Numbered from the stretch's first letter, positions 1-10,129 are shown. The stretch: DNA of 64,000 bases from an uncultured delta proteobacterium (GCA_963727445.1 CAVSGI010000008.1:288001-352000); one strand, 5' to 3'. The notes: a model not told the origin generated them from the sequence alone. Translations and numbers: made by a program.

Positions 1-482
1 TGCTCCCAGAGGTAGGGATCCATCGAGGCGAAGATGCGGTTGTTCTCGATGCCGCCGCAGGAGGTCCCGTCGACGCCCCCGCCGAGAACGGCGTAGAGCC
101 GCTCGAGGTGCGACAGGACGCTGCGCCCATCGGGCGTCTTCGAGAGGAAGAGGCGATGGGAGATCGTGTCGAAGACCGCCCGCGCGCTCGCGGAGAGGGC
201 GCTCCAGTCGGTGCAGGCATCGTCGGAGAGCGTCGAGAAGAGGCGGGCGCGCTGCGCCGCGAGGGTGTCCTCGATCCCGCCAGCGTCGGAGGCGGAGCCG
301 TCCGCGACCGCGGCGTCGGTGGCGCCATCGCCGGCCGCGCCGTCACCCGGTGGACGCGCGCTATCCGGCGGCGCCCCGTCGGCGTCCGCCGGGGCCGCTC
401 CGTCGACGGAGCCGTCCGGCGCGTCAGCGGAGGATCCACAGCCGAGGATCAGTACGAGTGTCAGCGAGAGGCACCAGGGCAC
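1..482 (-). CDS. Putative lipoprotein, partial (runs off the left edge)
   Basis: Manual translation from GTG at 482: VPWCLSLTLVLILGCGSSADAPDGSVDG... It has a lipobox-like ILGC, an Asp/Ala-rich linker and then a globular region, and stays open to base 1. Not in the ORF track. Confidence 0.7.
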   Translation of the reverse strand, partial: MPWCLSLTLVLILGCGSSADAPDGSVDGAAPADADGAPPDSARPPGDGAAGDGATDAAVADGSASDAGGIEDTLAAQRARLFSTLSDDACTDWSALSASARAVFDTISHRLFLSKTPDGRSVLSHLERLYAVLGGGVDGTSCGGIENNRIFASMDPYLWE

Positions 483-576
483 ACCCCTGATTACCGCTCC
501 TCGGGGTCGCAGTCGATGGGCGACGGGCCCATCTCGACGCGCTTGACCGCGGGCAGTCCTGATAGAGTTCGGCGCC

Positions 577-1671
577 GTGACCTCGGACGTTGGGCGAAGC
601 GTCGGCGGATACGCGCTGATCCGGTCCCTCGGACGCGGGGGGATGGGGACGGTGTACCTCGCAGAGGACGAGGCCAAGCGCCGCGCGGTGGTGAAGCTCC
701 TCCTCGAAGAGCTGGTCGATCAGGACGCCACGCGCGCGATGTTCGCCCACGAGGCCCGGCTCGGTGCCCAGCTCGAGCATCCGAACATCGCGCGGATCAT
801 CGACGTCGGGCTCGATGACGGCGTGCCGTACATCGTGATGGAATACATCGAGGGCCCTTCCCTGGCGCAGGCGCAGGCGGCCATCGGGAGCCCGACTCCC
901 GCGGTGGCCCTCCGCGTCGTCTCGGAGGTCGCGGCCGCCCTGGCCTACGCGCACGATGCCCGCGGCCACGACGGCAAGCCGATGGGCATCGTCCATCGCG
1001 ACGTCTCACCGCACAACATCCTCTTGTCGACGGACGGGGACGTGAAGCTGATCGATTTCGGCGTGGCCCGCTCGGTGCAGCAGCGACACCGCACCATGAC
1101 CGGCGTGCTGAAGGGCAAGCTGACCTACATGGCGCCCGAGCAGTTCAAGGGCGAGGTGGACCGCCGAAGCGATCTCTTCACGCTGGGCGTGGTGCTCTAC
1201 GAGCTCCTCGCGGGCGAGAAGCTCTTTCAGGGGCGGAACGAGATCGAGGTGATGACGCAGATCATGTTCGACGAGCCCCCGGCGCTCCATCTGCCCCCGA
1301 CCCTGGCGCGCGCCATCGAGCCCATCGTGCGGCGCGCGCTCAGCCGCAACCCGGACGAGCGGCAGCAGAACGCCGACCAGCTACGCTACGAGCTCGAGCA
1401 CGCGGCGGGGATCCTGGGCCTCGAGAGCAGTCGTCGCGACGTGGCGGAGCTGGTGGCCCAGGTCGCGAAGGAGCGGGCCGACCAGGGCAGCGCCACCGCC
1501 GAAGCCCCCGAGTGGACCATGGGCGCCTTGGACGGCGCCGATACCCGGCCCTTCGTCGCCGAAGACGACGAGAAGACCGCCATCGACACCCGTGTCCCCG
1601 AAGACGCCACCACCATCCGCCGCGCGAACCCACCGCTCCGCCCGAAGGACCGCGACTTCGACGACGACTGA
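577..1671 (+). CDS. Serine/threonine protein kinase (Hanks-type)
   Basis: GRGGMGTVY, VVK, HRDVSPHN, DFG and APE motifs. Confidence 0.95.
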   Translation: MTSDVGRSVGGYALIRSLGRGGMGTVYLAEDEAKRRAVVKLLLEELVDQDATRAMFAHEARLGAQLEHPNIARIIDVGLDDGVPYIVMEYIEGPSLAQAQAAIGSPTPAVALRVVSEVAAALAYAHDARGHDGKPMGIVHRDVSPHNILLSTDGDVKLIDFGVARSVQQRHRTMTGVLKGKLTYMAPEQFKGEVDRRSDLFTLGVVLYELLAGEKLFQGRNEIEVMTQIMFDEPPALHLPPTLARAIEPIVRRALSRNPDERQQNADQLRYELEHAAGILGLESSRRDVAELVAQVAKERADQGSATAEAPEWTMGALDGADTRPFVAEDDEKTAIDTRVPEDATTIRRANPPLRPKDRDFDDD

Positions 1672-1680
1672 AGGCGCGCC

Positions 1681-3117
1681 TCAGAGACTGAGGGGGACGC
1701 GTGCGCTGACCAGACCCCCGCCCTGTAGGGGCACGAGGTCGACGCGCGCCGAGGCGGCCGCATCGATGCTCTCGTCGTCGGGCGCGGTGAGCCAGAGGAC
1801 CAGCCCGGTGAGCAGGCTGGCGGCGCCCGTCAGCGAGATGGCCCAGCCGACGATCTCGAAGGTGGCCTCACGGTCGCGCTCGGCGTTGAGCTCCCTCAGC
1901 CGCTCCTCGACGTCTGGACAGGACCCGGCCGCCATGCACCCCATGGCATGGAAGGTCGCGTTTTCCGCGTTGATGGCGGTGTTGGTCTCCGAGATGGCCG
2001 CGTAGTTCCAGCCCATCACGCTGACGCCGCCTGCCAGGAGCGCGACCCCCCCGATGGTGAGCCCGATCCCAAAGGTGCGCCGGAAGCTCGCCGCATCCTG
2101 GCGCTCCTGACGCGCCGCCGGCTCCCACTCGAGCGCGGGGCGAAGATTCGTGGTCTGACCCGCGTCGATGTCGACGGTGTCCCGGTAGGGCACGCGCTCG
2201 TCGACCTCGAGCTCGATGCGATGACGCCCGATGGGCAGCGTCGTCAGCGCCGAGGCGCCCACCGGCTCGTCGTCGATCCGCGCCACCCAGGTCGCCCCGT
2301 CGGGCAGGGCGAGCGCGAGATGCCCGAGCACGTCGTCTCCCGCGAAGTCGTCGCGCACCATCTCGAGGTGCACATCCGCTTCGGCCCGCCGGTCGATGCG
2401 GATGGTCCGCTCGAAGGTCTGATAGCCCGGCCGTCGCGCGACCAGCCGGTGCTCGCCCACCTCGAGGGTCACCGTCGCGTCGAAGGGCGTCCGGCCGACC
2501 GGCTCTCCATCGACCTCCACCTGCACTTCGGGGATCACGGAGGAGATTCGGAGGATCCCCGGTTGGTTCGCCTCCACCATCTCGATCTCCACGCGCTCGA
2601 TCACCCCGCCGGCCACGCGGAGCCGCCGCCGCACCGACTCGTGGTTCGCCGCCCTCACCTCGAGCTCCACTTCACCGGCGGTCACTTCGATCGGCGTGCG
2701 GAGCGGGCTCGTGGCCACGTCGTCGCCGTCGATGGCGATGGTCGCGCCGTCCATGGAGACGCGAACATCGAGGCGCCCGATGCGCGCGTTCTGCACCTCG
2801 AGGGCCTCCTCCACCTCGTGGCGCCGCGCGGCGGAGATCTCGTGGCCGCCTTCGTCGAGATAGCGCTCGTAGGCGTGCGCGGCTTCCACCGCGTTGCCGA
2901 GGGCGGCGTGCACCTTCGCGATGTTGTAGAGGACCTGATGGGCGGGCGCGATGTCGTAGGCCTGCTGAAACTCCGCGAGCGCCGCGTCGTAGCTGCCCTC
3001 GTTGAAATGCTCGATGCCGCGGAGGAAGTGGCCACGCGCGTCCGGCCCCTGCGCCGCGGTGACCGAGGCGAACGAGAGCAGGCAGGTGACGACGATGAGG
3101 GAGGCGGTGGCTCTCAC
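1681..3117 (-). CDS. TPR + PEGA domain-containing exported/membrane protein
   Basis: Signal peptide, TPR-like segment (ARGHFLRGIEHFNEGSYDAALAEFQQAY), repeated PEGA-like segments (VEVDGEPVGRTP...GEHRLVARRPGY) and C-terminal hydrophobic helices. Confidence 0.85.
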   Translation of the reverse strand: MRATASLIVVTCLLSFASVTAAQGPDARGHFLRGIEHFNEGSYDAALAEFQQAYDIAPAHQVLYNIAKVHAALGNAVEAAHAYERYLDEGGHEISAARRHEVEEALEVQNARIGRLDVRVSMDGATIAIDGDDVATSPLRTPIEVTAGEVELEVRAANHESVRRRLRVAGGVIERVEIEMVEANQPGILRISSVIPEVQVEVDGEPVGRTPFDATVTLEVGEHRLVARRPGYQTFERTIRIDRRAEADVHLEMVRDDFAGDDVLGHLALALPDGATWVARIDDEPVGASALTTLPIGRHRIELEVDERVPYRDTVDIDAGQTTNLRPALEWEPAARQERQDAASFRRTFGIGLTIGGVALLAGGVSVMGWNYAAISETNTAINAENATFHAMGCMAAGSCPDVEERLRELNAERDREATFEIVGWAISLTGAASLLTGLVLWLTAPDDESIDAAASARVDLVPLQGGGLVSARVPLSL

Positions 3118-4727
3118 GGTGCGTAGGGGTCGGTCTCGAGGCCGGCGGCCTCGGCGGGGGTCTGCATGGTACCCATCCCCGGCCCGCGCATCATCGTCGG
3201 ATGTGAGCGCGCGTCGCGGTCGCCGTCGGCCTCCATCGAGGAGTCCGGCTCCGTGTCCGGGGCGGTGACCTCCTGGACCTCGTCGACCTCCGGCTCCTCG
3301 ACCTCCGGCTCCTCGGCCTGGGGGTCGACCTCCACCTCTTCGACGGAAGGTGTCTGCTCGCCCCCACCGGCGGCGGTGACGACCGGCGTGGGGTCACGAT
3401 CGTCCCCGCGGCCGAAGCCGCCCACCCCGACGATTGTGATGGCGACCACGGCGGCGATGATGGCCGCAACCGTGGTGGTCCCGAGCCACGGGGGCACCCG
3501 GCCGCCCGCCGCCCGCTCCTCGCCGTCCGCGTGGTCGATCTCGCCCGAGACGTCCTCGCCCGGCGGGGTGCTCTCGGCGCTGGCCGAGACCTCGGGGAGG
3601 GGAGCCGGCGTGTCGAGGGCCTCGGTCGGCGCGTCACGCGAGATGGGGCGCGAAGAGGGGCTCGCCGCTTCTGCGGCCTCGGTCTGCGCAGCCTCCTGCG
3701 AAGAAGCGCGGACCTGAATCTGCTGGCTGTGTGCGACGCCGATGCTCTCGGCGTCCATGGTCTCGAGAGACTCGCTTTCGGGAGCGACACCCGGGCTGGT
3801 GCGGGGCCGCGGCCGATCGCTCTCGTAATCGGCGGTCGGCCGCCGCGCCTTCCTCTTGACCGGCCCGTCGGCGTAGGGAGCGAGCGCTTCGGAGAGCTCC
3901 CGCGTCGTGGCGAAACGCTTTTGGGGATTGCGATGAAAGGCGCGCTCGACGATCTCCGCAAACTCCGCGTCGATGTCGCGACGCCGGTGGCGGAGAGGCA
4001 GATACTCGCCGGTCCCAATCTTGATGAAGAGCGCGCCGGTGGTCTCGGCGATGAACGGCAGTCGCCCGGTGAGCATCTCGTAGAGGATGACGCCCAGCGC
4101 GTAGACGTCGGCGCGCTCGTCCACGTCCTTGCCGGACGCCTGCTCCGGAGACATGTAATACGGCGTCCCGATGATCGTGCCCTCGGTGGTGAGCCGTGTC
4201 GCGGGTCCGTCCTGGTCCTGCTTCTGGAAGTGCGAGATGCCGAAGTCGATGATCTTCACCGTCTCTTCGCCGTCGGGCCCTTCCTGGATCAGGATGTTCT
4301 CCGGTTTGAGATCGCGGTGGATGATCCCCGCGTCATGGGCCTTGGCCATCCCACGGCAGACCTGGCGGACGATGCGAACCGTGCGCGCGACGTCGAGGGG
4401 CGCCTCGTTCTCGACCAGGTCGAGGAGCGCGCGGCCGGTGAGGAGCTCCATCAGCACGTAGGGGGAGCCGTCTTCGAGCATCCCCGCGTCCACGGTCTCG
4501 ACCACGTGCGGGGTATCGAGGCGACCGGCCACGGACGCTTCACGAAGCAGGCGCTCGACGTGTCGCCGGTTCAACGCTTCTGACTTGTGGAGGATCTTCA
4601 GGGCGCGGCGATGTTTGGTGAGCTTGTGCTCGACCTCGTACACCGCGCCCATGCCTCCGCCAGCGATCTTGCGGATGACCTCGAGCTTTCCTGCGACGAC
4701 GTCGCCTGGTCGGAGCTCCTCGGACAC
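3114..4727 (-). CDS. Membrane-anchored serine/threonine protein kinase
   Basis: GGGMGAVY, ALKIL, HRDLKPEN, DFG and GTPYYMSPE motifs plus a TM helix near the C-terminus. Start trimmed to GTG at 4727 because the longer ORF overlaps the upstream kinase. Confidence 0.92.
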   Translation of the reverse strand: MSEELRPGDVVAGKLEVIRKIAGGGMGAVYEVEHKLTKHRRALKILHKSEALNRRHVERLLREASVAGRLDTPHVVETVDAGMLEDGSPYVLMELLTGRALLDLVENEAPLDVARTVRIVRQVCRGMAKAHDAGIIHRDLKPENILIQEGPDGEETVKIIDFGISHFQKQDQDGPATRLTTEGTIIGTPYYMSPEQASGKDVDERADVYALGVILYEMLTGRLPFIAETTGALFIKIGTGEYLPLRHRRRDIDAEFAEIVERAFHRNPQKRFATTRELSEALAPYADGPVKRKARRPTADYESDRPRPRTSPGVAPESESLETMDAESIGVAHSQQIQVRASSQEAAQTEAAEAASPSSRPISRDAPTEALDTPAPLPEVSASAESTPPGEDVSGEIDHADGEERAAGGRVPPWLGTTTVAAIIAAVVAITIVGVGGFGRGDDRDPTPVVTAAGGGEQTPSVEEVEVDPQAEEPEVEEPEVDEVQEVTAPDTEPDSSMEADGDRDARSHPTMMRGPGMGTMQTPAEAAGLETDPYAP

Positions 4728-4780
4728 GGCGACAATTGCTAGATCAGCCCCGGAGCGAGGGCACCTTCGCCGCCGACGCC

Positions 4781-6799
4781 TCAGCTCCCGATGGGCCGGA
4801 GGGCGCCGATTGCCGCGAGAACCAGGAACGAGGCCCGCGCGCGCTCCCCGTCTCCAGCCTGTCTCTCGAGGTCGGCGAGGGTCCGCGGCTGAGAGAGCGC
4901 GAAGAGAACGGCGCGAAGGTGCGCGGGCATCAGCGGCAGCTCTCCCTCGTTGGCGATCCGCTCCACCCCGGCCTCGGCCCGCGTGAGGAGCGCCTGATCC
5001 ATCCCCGCCTGAAGGCGGCGCTTGGCCCCTGCTTCGAGGATCGACCAGGCCTCGAGGCCGAGATTGAAGACGCTCTGCGGCGCAGCGGCCTGCCGGTAGA
5101 AGGACACGGTGCCCTCCTTCCACGCGAAGACGTCGAGGAGCTGCTTCCTGGACTTGTTGGCGATGTGCCGGACCAGAAGCAGCGGCTCCACCAGACCGAG
5201 GGCGATGAGGGTGTCGCCGAGGCGGCCGTCGAAGCGGGGCATCACCGCGAGCGCCAGGTCGAGCTCCGCGCGATCGATCACGCCGACGCGCACCAGATAC
5301 TCACCGAGGAGCTCGCTGGTCTGGTTCGAGGTCACGTAGACCGGCTCGCCGTCGGAGACGTAGACCTCCTTGCGCACCGCGGCCTGCTCGCAGAGGTAGA
5401 GCCCGGTCTCCTTCTCCACGAAGGCCCGGGCGAGGACGTGGAGCAATCCGAAGCTGGGGCTCAGCGAGAACGATTCGCTGGTGGACGCCATCCGGCCGCG
5501 CTGCTCCTCGGTGGGCGTTCGCGACGACGGCGGGAGGTGACGCGAGAGCTCGGGGTGGGCGTCGAGGATCAGCGGCTCCTCGCCGTCCTTCGCCACCCGG
5601 TGCACCGGCCGGAAGCGGCCCTGCACGATCCCCTGCACCACCTGCGCGTAGGAGAGCGGTCCGATCTCGTCGTCATCGACGAGCACGACGTAGCTCGGGC
5701 CGACCGTGAGCGGATTCGGCGTCGGCGGCCTCGAATCCGCGGGGGTGAGCGGCGGGGTGATCAGGTCCGCCACCTTTGGATCGACCCCCGGCTGGCTGGC
5801 CTCCACGGTGCGGGCGAGGGAGGTGCGGTCGTAGCTGCCAGCCGCCTGCTCCCCCGAGTCGAGCACCTCGGTCACCAGCGCGCCGAGATTGTCGCGCAGC
5901 CGTTCGCGCGCCCCCATCGCGAAGGGCATCAGCTCCTCGCGGAGCTCCCTGGCCGACGCGGTGCGCTCGCCGGGCACCTTCTCGAGCGCATTGCGGAGCG
6001 CTGCGACCAGCCCGCGCGGCAAGCCGAGCGCGTGCCGCTCGAAGCGGGTGAGGTCGCAGTCCCGAATCGCCAGGAGCACCGCCAGCTCCGTGCCTCCGGT
6101 GAAGAGCGGCTGTCCCATGAGCAGCTCCGCCGTGACCACGGCCGCGGCGAAGACGTCGGCGCGCTGGTCGACGTCGGTCTTGCCGGCGACCTGCTCGGGA
6201 GCGAGATAACCGAGCTTGCCCTTGGCGCGAAGCGAGCGCCGGCCCGGGCGCTGATTTTCGCGCACCAGCGGCCGCGCGATGCCGAGGTCGCCGAGCTTCA
6301 CGTCGCCGTGCACCGACAAGAAGATGTTCGACGGGCTCACGTCGCGATGCACCGCCATCAGCGGATTGCCCTCTTTGTCTCGAACGTCGTGGACCGCTTC
6401 GAGGCCCGCGAGGAGCTCAGTCGCGATGTAGACCGCGAGGGGCACGTCGAGGCGCCGTCGATTGCGGACCAGCCAACGGCCGAGCTGCCAGAGGTCGACG
6501 CCGAAGACGTACTCCAGCACGAGGTACGGCGCGCCCTCGAACTCACCGCTGTCGAGGACCTCGACCACGTTGGGGCTGTCGATCAGCAGCCCCAGCCGCG
6601 ACTCCTCCTCGAACATCGAGAGGTACTCCTCATCCGTCAGCAGACTGGGCAGAAGCCGTTTGATCACCACCGAGCGATCGCCACCGTGCGCCTGGGCCAC
6701 GAGCGCGCGATACACCTCGGCCATGCCGCCCACCGCGATGCGATGCAGTGGCCGATAGACACCTATCTGTTCAGGCAACTCCTCCGAGCCGGCGCCCAC
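4781..6799 (-). CDS. Serine/threonine protein kinase with C-terminal DUF4388-like region
   Basis: GGMAEVY, VIKRL, HRDVSPSN, DLG and APE motifs. The C-terminus (ETGLY...KEVYVSDGEPVYVTSN...LGEYLVRVG...RLGDTLIALG...VFAWKEG) is typical of myxobacterial DUF4388-type modules. Confidence 0.9.
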   Translation of the reverse strand: MGAGSEELPEQIGVYRPLHRIAVGGMAEVYRALVAQAHGGDRSVVIKRLLPSLLTDEEYLSMFEEESRLGLLIDSPNVVEVLDSGEFEGAPYLVLEYVFGVDLWQLGRWLVRNRRRLDVPLAVYIATELLAGLEAVHDVRDKEGNPLMAVHRDVSPSNIFLSVHGDVKLGDLGIARPLVRENQRPGRRSLRAKGKLGYLAPEQVAGKTDVDQRADVFAAAVVTAELLMGQPLFTGGTELAVLLAIRDCDLTRFERHALGLPRGLVAALRNALEKVPGERTASARELREELMPFAMGARERLRDNLGALVTEVLDSGEQAAGSYDRTSLARTVEASQPGVDPKVADLITPPLTPADSRPPTPNPLTVGPSYVVLVDDDEIGPLSYAQVVQGIVQGRFRPVHRVAKDGEEPLILDAHPELSRHLPPSSRTPTEEQRGRMASTSESFSLSPSFGLLHVLARAFVEKETGLYLCEQAAVRKEVYVSDGEPVYVTSNQTSELLGEYLVRVGVIDRAELDLALAVMPRFDGRLGDTLIALGLVEPLLLVRHIANKSRKQLLDVFAWKEGTVSFYRQAAAPQSVFNLGLEAWSILEAGAKRRLQAGMDQALLTRAEAGVERIANEGELPLMPAHLRAVLFALSQPRTLADLERQAGDGERARASFLVLAAIGALRPIGS

Positions 6800-6819
6800 G
6801 CGCGGAGTCTAATCCGTGT

Positions 6820-7374
6820 TCAGGGTAGCTCGCAGATATTCGACCGGCAGACCCGCGGTGCCGTGCAATCGCGATCCGCCTCACATTCCACCTGGCAGGT
6901 TCCGTCGAAGGCGCAGACGTAGGGATAGGGCATGTCGGGGCAGTCGCTGTCGTAGATGCAGAGCTCGTCGAGGGGCTCGTTGCAGCCGTAGACCCCGGTG
7001 CCCATGCCGTCGACGATCTCCTCGCGGCAGACCGATCCGGGCACCGGGCAGTCGACGTCGCTGGCGCAGGTCAAGGTGCAGGTGGCGTGAACACAGCTGA
7101 AGCCTTCCGGGCATTCGGAGTTGAGGACGCAGGTCGCCTCCTCGGGGAGCTGGCAGCCGCCGCTGTTCTGCCCGGGCTCGATCAAACAGCGGAGCCCGGC
7201 GCCGCAGTCGCGCGACCGGACGCAGATCCGCCGGCAGACGCCGATCGCGCAGCCGAGCGGCGCGGCGCATTCCGAGTTGAGGGTGCAGGGCTCGGAGATG
7301 AGCTTCGGAGGCCGGGCCGCGCAGCTCGCGAAGAGCAGCAGCCCGAGGAGCGTCGCAAAGATCCTCGCTTTCAT
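6820..7374 (-). CDS. Cys-rich lipoprotein
   Basis: MKARIFATLLGLLLFASC lipobox and repeated CxxxxxC...C motifs. The ATG overlaps the upstream TGA (TGATG). Confidence 0.8.
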   Translation of the reverse strand: MKARIFATLLGLLLFASCAARPPKLISEPCTLNSECAAPLGCAIGVCRRICVRSRDCGAGLRCLIEPGQNSGGCQLPEEATCVLNSECPEGFSCVHATCTLTCASDVDCPVPGSVCREEIVDGMGTGVYGCNEPLDELCIYDSDCPDMPYPYVCAFDGTCQVECEADRDCTAPRVCRSNICELP

Positions 7375-9194
7375 CACCACATCACCATCGTCGGCACGTC
7401 CGCCATGTCCATCGTGGTCCCGTCTCCATATGCAGCCTGGGCGTTGTTGCCCACACACCACGCCCTCCCGCCTCCATAGTGGGCACAGGTGTGGTCGGAG
7501 CCGGCACCGACCGAGATCGCGCCCGAGGGGAGCGCCGATGCGGCCGGTGTGTACTGATACGGGGGAAAGGTCGACGGTATGCCGAGGCGACCGAAGCTGG
7601 TCGAGCCCCAACAGTAGATCGCACCGGAAGAGAGCAGCGCACAGGTGTGCAAGTAGCCAGCCGAGATATGCGCGGCGGGCCCGGGCAGACCACCGACCAC
7701 CGTGGGATCGGGGACTGGCGTCGGCGTCGACCCGATTCCGATCTGTCCGGAGCCGTTGTCCCCGAAGCAGCGCGCGGTCCCGTCCGAGTGAACCGTGCAG
7801 GTGTGCCGGCGCCCGACGGCGACGTCGATCACGTCGGACAGCCCTGGGACCATCGTCGGCACCACGCGACTGGTGGTCGTTCCGTCTCCCAGCTCTCCGC
7901 TGTCGTTGCGGCCCCAGCAGAAGAGCGTCCGATCCACGCCGATGGCGCAGGTGTGTTGCTCGCCCGCCACAACCCGCGCCGGGGCCACACCGAGGGACGC
8001 GATCACGGGGCTCACGGAATCGACGCCGACGCTCGCCGGATCGGCGCCGAGCTGCCCCCGCGTGTTGCTCCCCCAGCAGTAGACGTCGGTGGGGCTCCAC
8101 GCGCAGCTGTGGTTGACGCCGAGAGCGAGCCCCACGGCGGTCGGGACCGCTGTGTCGATGGGCGTGGGCGTGGGATCGCCCATCGTCGTGATCGGGCGCC
8201 CCAGCTGCCCGTGGTCGTTCAACCCCCAGCAGTAGATCTGATCGGTGAGCGCGCAGCCATGATAGCCGCCGAAGGCATACGCGGTGATCGTTCCTCCTGG
8301 GATCACGATCACCGTCGGGCCATGCGGGACGAACATGCTGTCGAGCACGCCCACCTCTCCCTCGGTGGACCCGCCCCAGACCCAGAGGCTCGTTCCGTCG
8401 AAGTACGAGCCGTTTTGCACGAAGCCTCGCGCATAGGCCGGGGGATCCACGATGCCGACGCCGCCGTCCGTCCCCGTGTCCACGAGCACGTCGGTAGCGG
8501 CGTCCATGGTCCCGTCGGCGATGGCGTCCGTCGTCGCGTCCATGCCCGCATCCATCCCTGCGTCCATCCCCGCGTCCGTGAGCATGTCCGGAGGAACGCA
8601 CGAGGGCGTCGCGGCCATCGTGTCGCAGACGTTTCCGTCACGGCAGTCACGATTCGTGATGCACTCCACCCGGCAGCGAAAGTCGCGCGCGCAGACGTGC
8701 AAGGGGTTGGTGCAATCGCTGTTGAGGCGACACTCCTCCTGAGTCGGGTCGCGGCATGCACGCTCCTCGCCCTCCACGACGTCGCAGACCAACCCGGTGA
8801 TGCAGTCGCGGTCCTTCTCACACGCGATGGTGCAGGTGTTGAAGCGACAGATCAGGCCGGCCTGACAATCGCTCGTGAGGTCACACTCTCTTTCGTTGGG
8901 GAGCTGGCAGACGCCGAAGTTGCCGTCCTTCACGCAGAGCAGTCCCGCACGACAGTCGCGCGCTTCTCGACACTCCTCGCGGCACCGGCCGAAGTGGCAG
9001 ACGAAGGGGGCCGCGCACTCTGTGCTCAGCTCGCAGGGCTCGCCGTGGGCGATGGGGGGACGCTCGGCGCAACTCGTCGCGACGAGCAGAGCGAGGAGCC
9101 CACAGGCTCCGAAAAGAGCCGGCTCCCCTGGTGCAGACGTGTCGCGGCCTCCTCCTGGCACTGATCCAGGGTAGCAACCGGGGGTCGGCGCCAT
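7374..9194 (-). CDS. Cys-rich lipoprotein with C-terminal RCC1-repeat beta-propeller
   Basis: ATSC lipobox, Cys-rich N-terminal half, DAG linker and RCC1-like repeats (HTCA...CWGxNxxGQLG). The true start is uncertain. Confidence 0.85.
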   Translation of the reverse strand: MAPTPGCYPGSVPGGGRDTSAPGEPALFGACGLLALLVATSCAERPPIAHGEPCELSTECAAPFVCHFGRCREECREARDCRAGLLCVKDGNFGVCQLPNERECDLTSDCQAGLICRFNTCTIACEKDRDCITGLVCDVVEGEERACRDPTQEECRLNSDCTNPLHVCARDFRCRVECITNRDCRDGNVCDTMAATPSCVPPDMLTDAGMDAGMDAGMDATTDAIADGTMDAATDVLVDTGTDGGVGIVDPPAYARGFVQNGSYFDGTSLWVWGGSTEGEVGVLDSMFVPHGPTVIVIPGGTITAYAFGGYHGCALTDQIYCWGLNDHGQLGRPITTMGDPTPTPIDTAVPTAVGLALGVNHSCAWSPTDVYCWGSNTRGQLGADPASVGVDSVSPVIASLGVAPARVVAGEQHTCAIGVDRTLFCWGRNDSGELGDGTTTSRVVPTMVPGLSDVIDVAVGRRHTCTVHSDGTARCFGDNGSGQIGIGSTPTPVPDPTVVGGLPGPAAHISAGYLHTCALLSSGAIYCWGSTSFGRLGIPSTFPPYQYTPAASALPSGAISVGAGSDHTCAHYGGGRAWCVGNNAQAAYGDGTTMDMADVPTMVMW

Positions 9195-9311
9195 GGAGGG
9201 GAATTCCTGGCGTTCGAGCGCGTAGGTCAGAGGGAAGCGGTGTACGAAGACTGCGCAACAGGCCTTTTCGTGCTTGAAATCACTGCAAAATTAGAAAAGA
9301 CATTTCAGGCC

Positions 9312-9340
9312 TTGACGGGGGTGTACGAAGCTTGCACAGT
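9312..9340 (+). promoter_or_regulatory. Putative sigma70-type promoter of the 9374 gene
   Basis: TTGACG (9312-9317), 17 nt, CACAGT (9335-9340), preceded by an AT-rich tract (9275-9305). Confidence 0.45.
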
Positions 9341-9373
9341 TTAGTCATCCGCTCTCACGGGATTGAGGGGTCC

Positions 9374-10012
9374 ATGAGAAGTATCTTCATCGCAGTGGTC
9401 GTGCTCTTCGCGTTCGGTTGTACGAACGAACAGGTGGGCAGCGTCAGCGCGGCCGAGACGAGCATCCAGTGCCAGGTGGATGCCGATGGCTCCTTCCCGA
9501 CGGGCGAGGAGTTCGAAGGCCACGCGAGTGACGTCGATGGGATCGAATCGATCGATTGGCGACACGTCACCGCGGACGACCTGATCTTCCTCAGTCACGC
9601 GGCGACCATCAGCTGCAACATCGATGATAGTGGGCTCAACGCCGACTTCTTCGGGTCTGGGACGGCGACCTTCGACGGAAACCCCGACTACAGTTACATC
9701 ATCTACGTCCAGGACAACCGCCCCGCGACGCAGGAGTGCACCTGCGAGGGCGACGCCGACCGCGGCCACGGTAATGACGAGGATTGCACCGACGAGGACA
9801 ACCCTGGGAGCTCCACCGGCTGCCACCGAAGCGACGAGGGTGCGGCGCACGCGAACACCCACCCGGACGAGTGCACCTGCGTGTGGATCCCCGACCCGGG
9901 GTTGCCGGCCGACGTGTACCAGATCGAGATCTTCGCTCCGGATGGCAGCCCGGCCTACTCCTTCTCCGGTAGCGTCGAGACTGGTGACGTCTCCATCGTC
10001 GAGGTGCTCTGA
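9374..10012 (+). CDS. Acidic lipoprotein, unknown function
   Basis: GAGGGG RBS before ATG 9374, MRSIFIAVVVLFAFGC lipobox, and a Cys-bracketed insert containing RGHGNDEDCTDEDNPG. Confidence 0.75.
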   Translation: MRSIFIAVVVLFAFGCTNEQVGSVSAAETSIQCQVDADGSFPTGEEFEGHASDVDGIESIDWRHVTADDLIFLSHAATISCNIDDSGLNADFFGSGTATFDGNPDYSYIIYVQDNRPATQECTCEGDADRGHGNDEDCTDEDNPGSSTGCHRSDEGAAHANTHPDECTCVWIPDPGLPADVYQIEIFAPDGSPAYSFSGSVETGDVSIVEVL

Positions 10013-10049
10013 AGCGTCGGTCTCCCCCGAACCCCTCCCCCGATCCCCC

Positions 10050-10083
10050 CATCGGCCCGCCACTCGGCGGGCCGATGTCTTTT
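10050..10083 (+). terminator. Rho-independent terminator
   Basis: Perfect 12-bp stem CATCGGCCCGCC / GGCGGGCCGATG with a 4-nt loop, followed by TCTTTT, just after the 10012 stop. Confidence 0.8.
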
Positions 10084-10129
10084 CGTCCGTGCGACCCAAG
10101 AAGGCTTTCGCCCTCTGAGTCGAGCCTGC

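Noticed and set aside
9320..9336. Possible sigma54 promoter (GTGTACG-AAGC-TTGC)
   Set aside because: It lacks the invariant GG at -24. The sigma70-like reading fits better.
10021..10049. C-rich tract TCTCCCCCGAACCCCTCCCCCGATCCCCCC before the terminator
   Set aside because: It is a single occurrence in the window. G-quadruplex or REP-like function on the minus strand cannot be supported from this alone.
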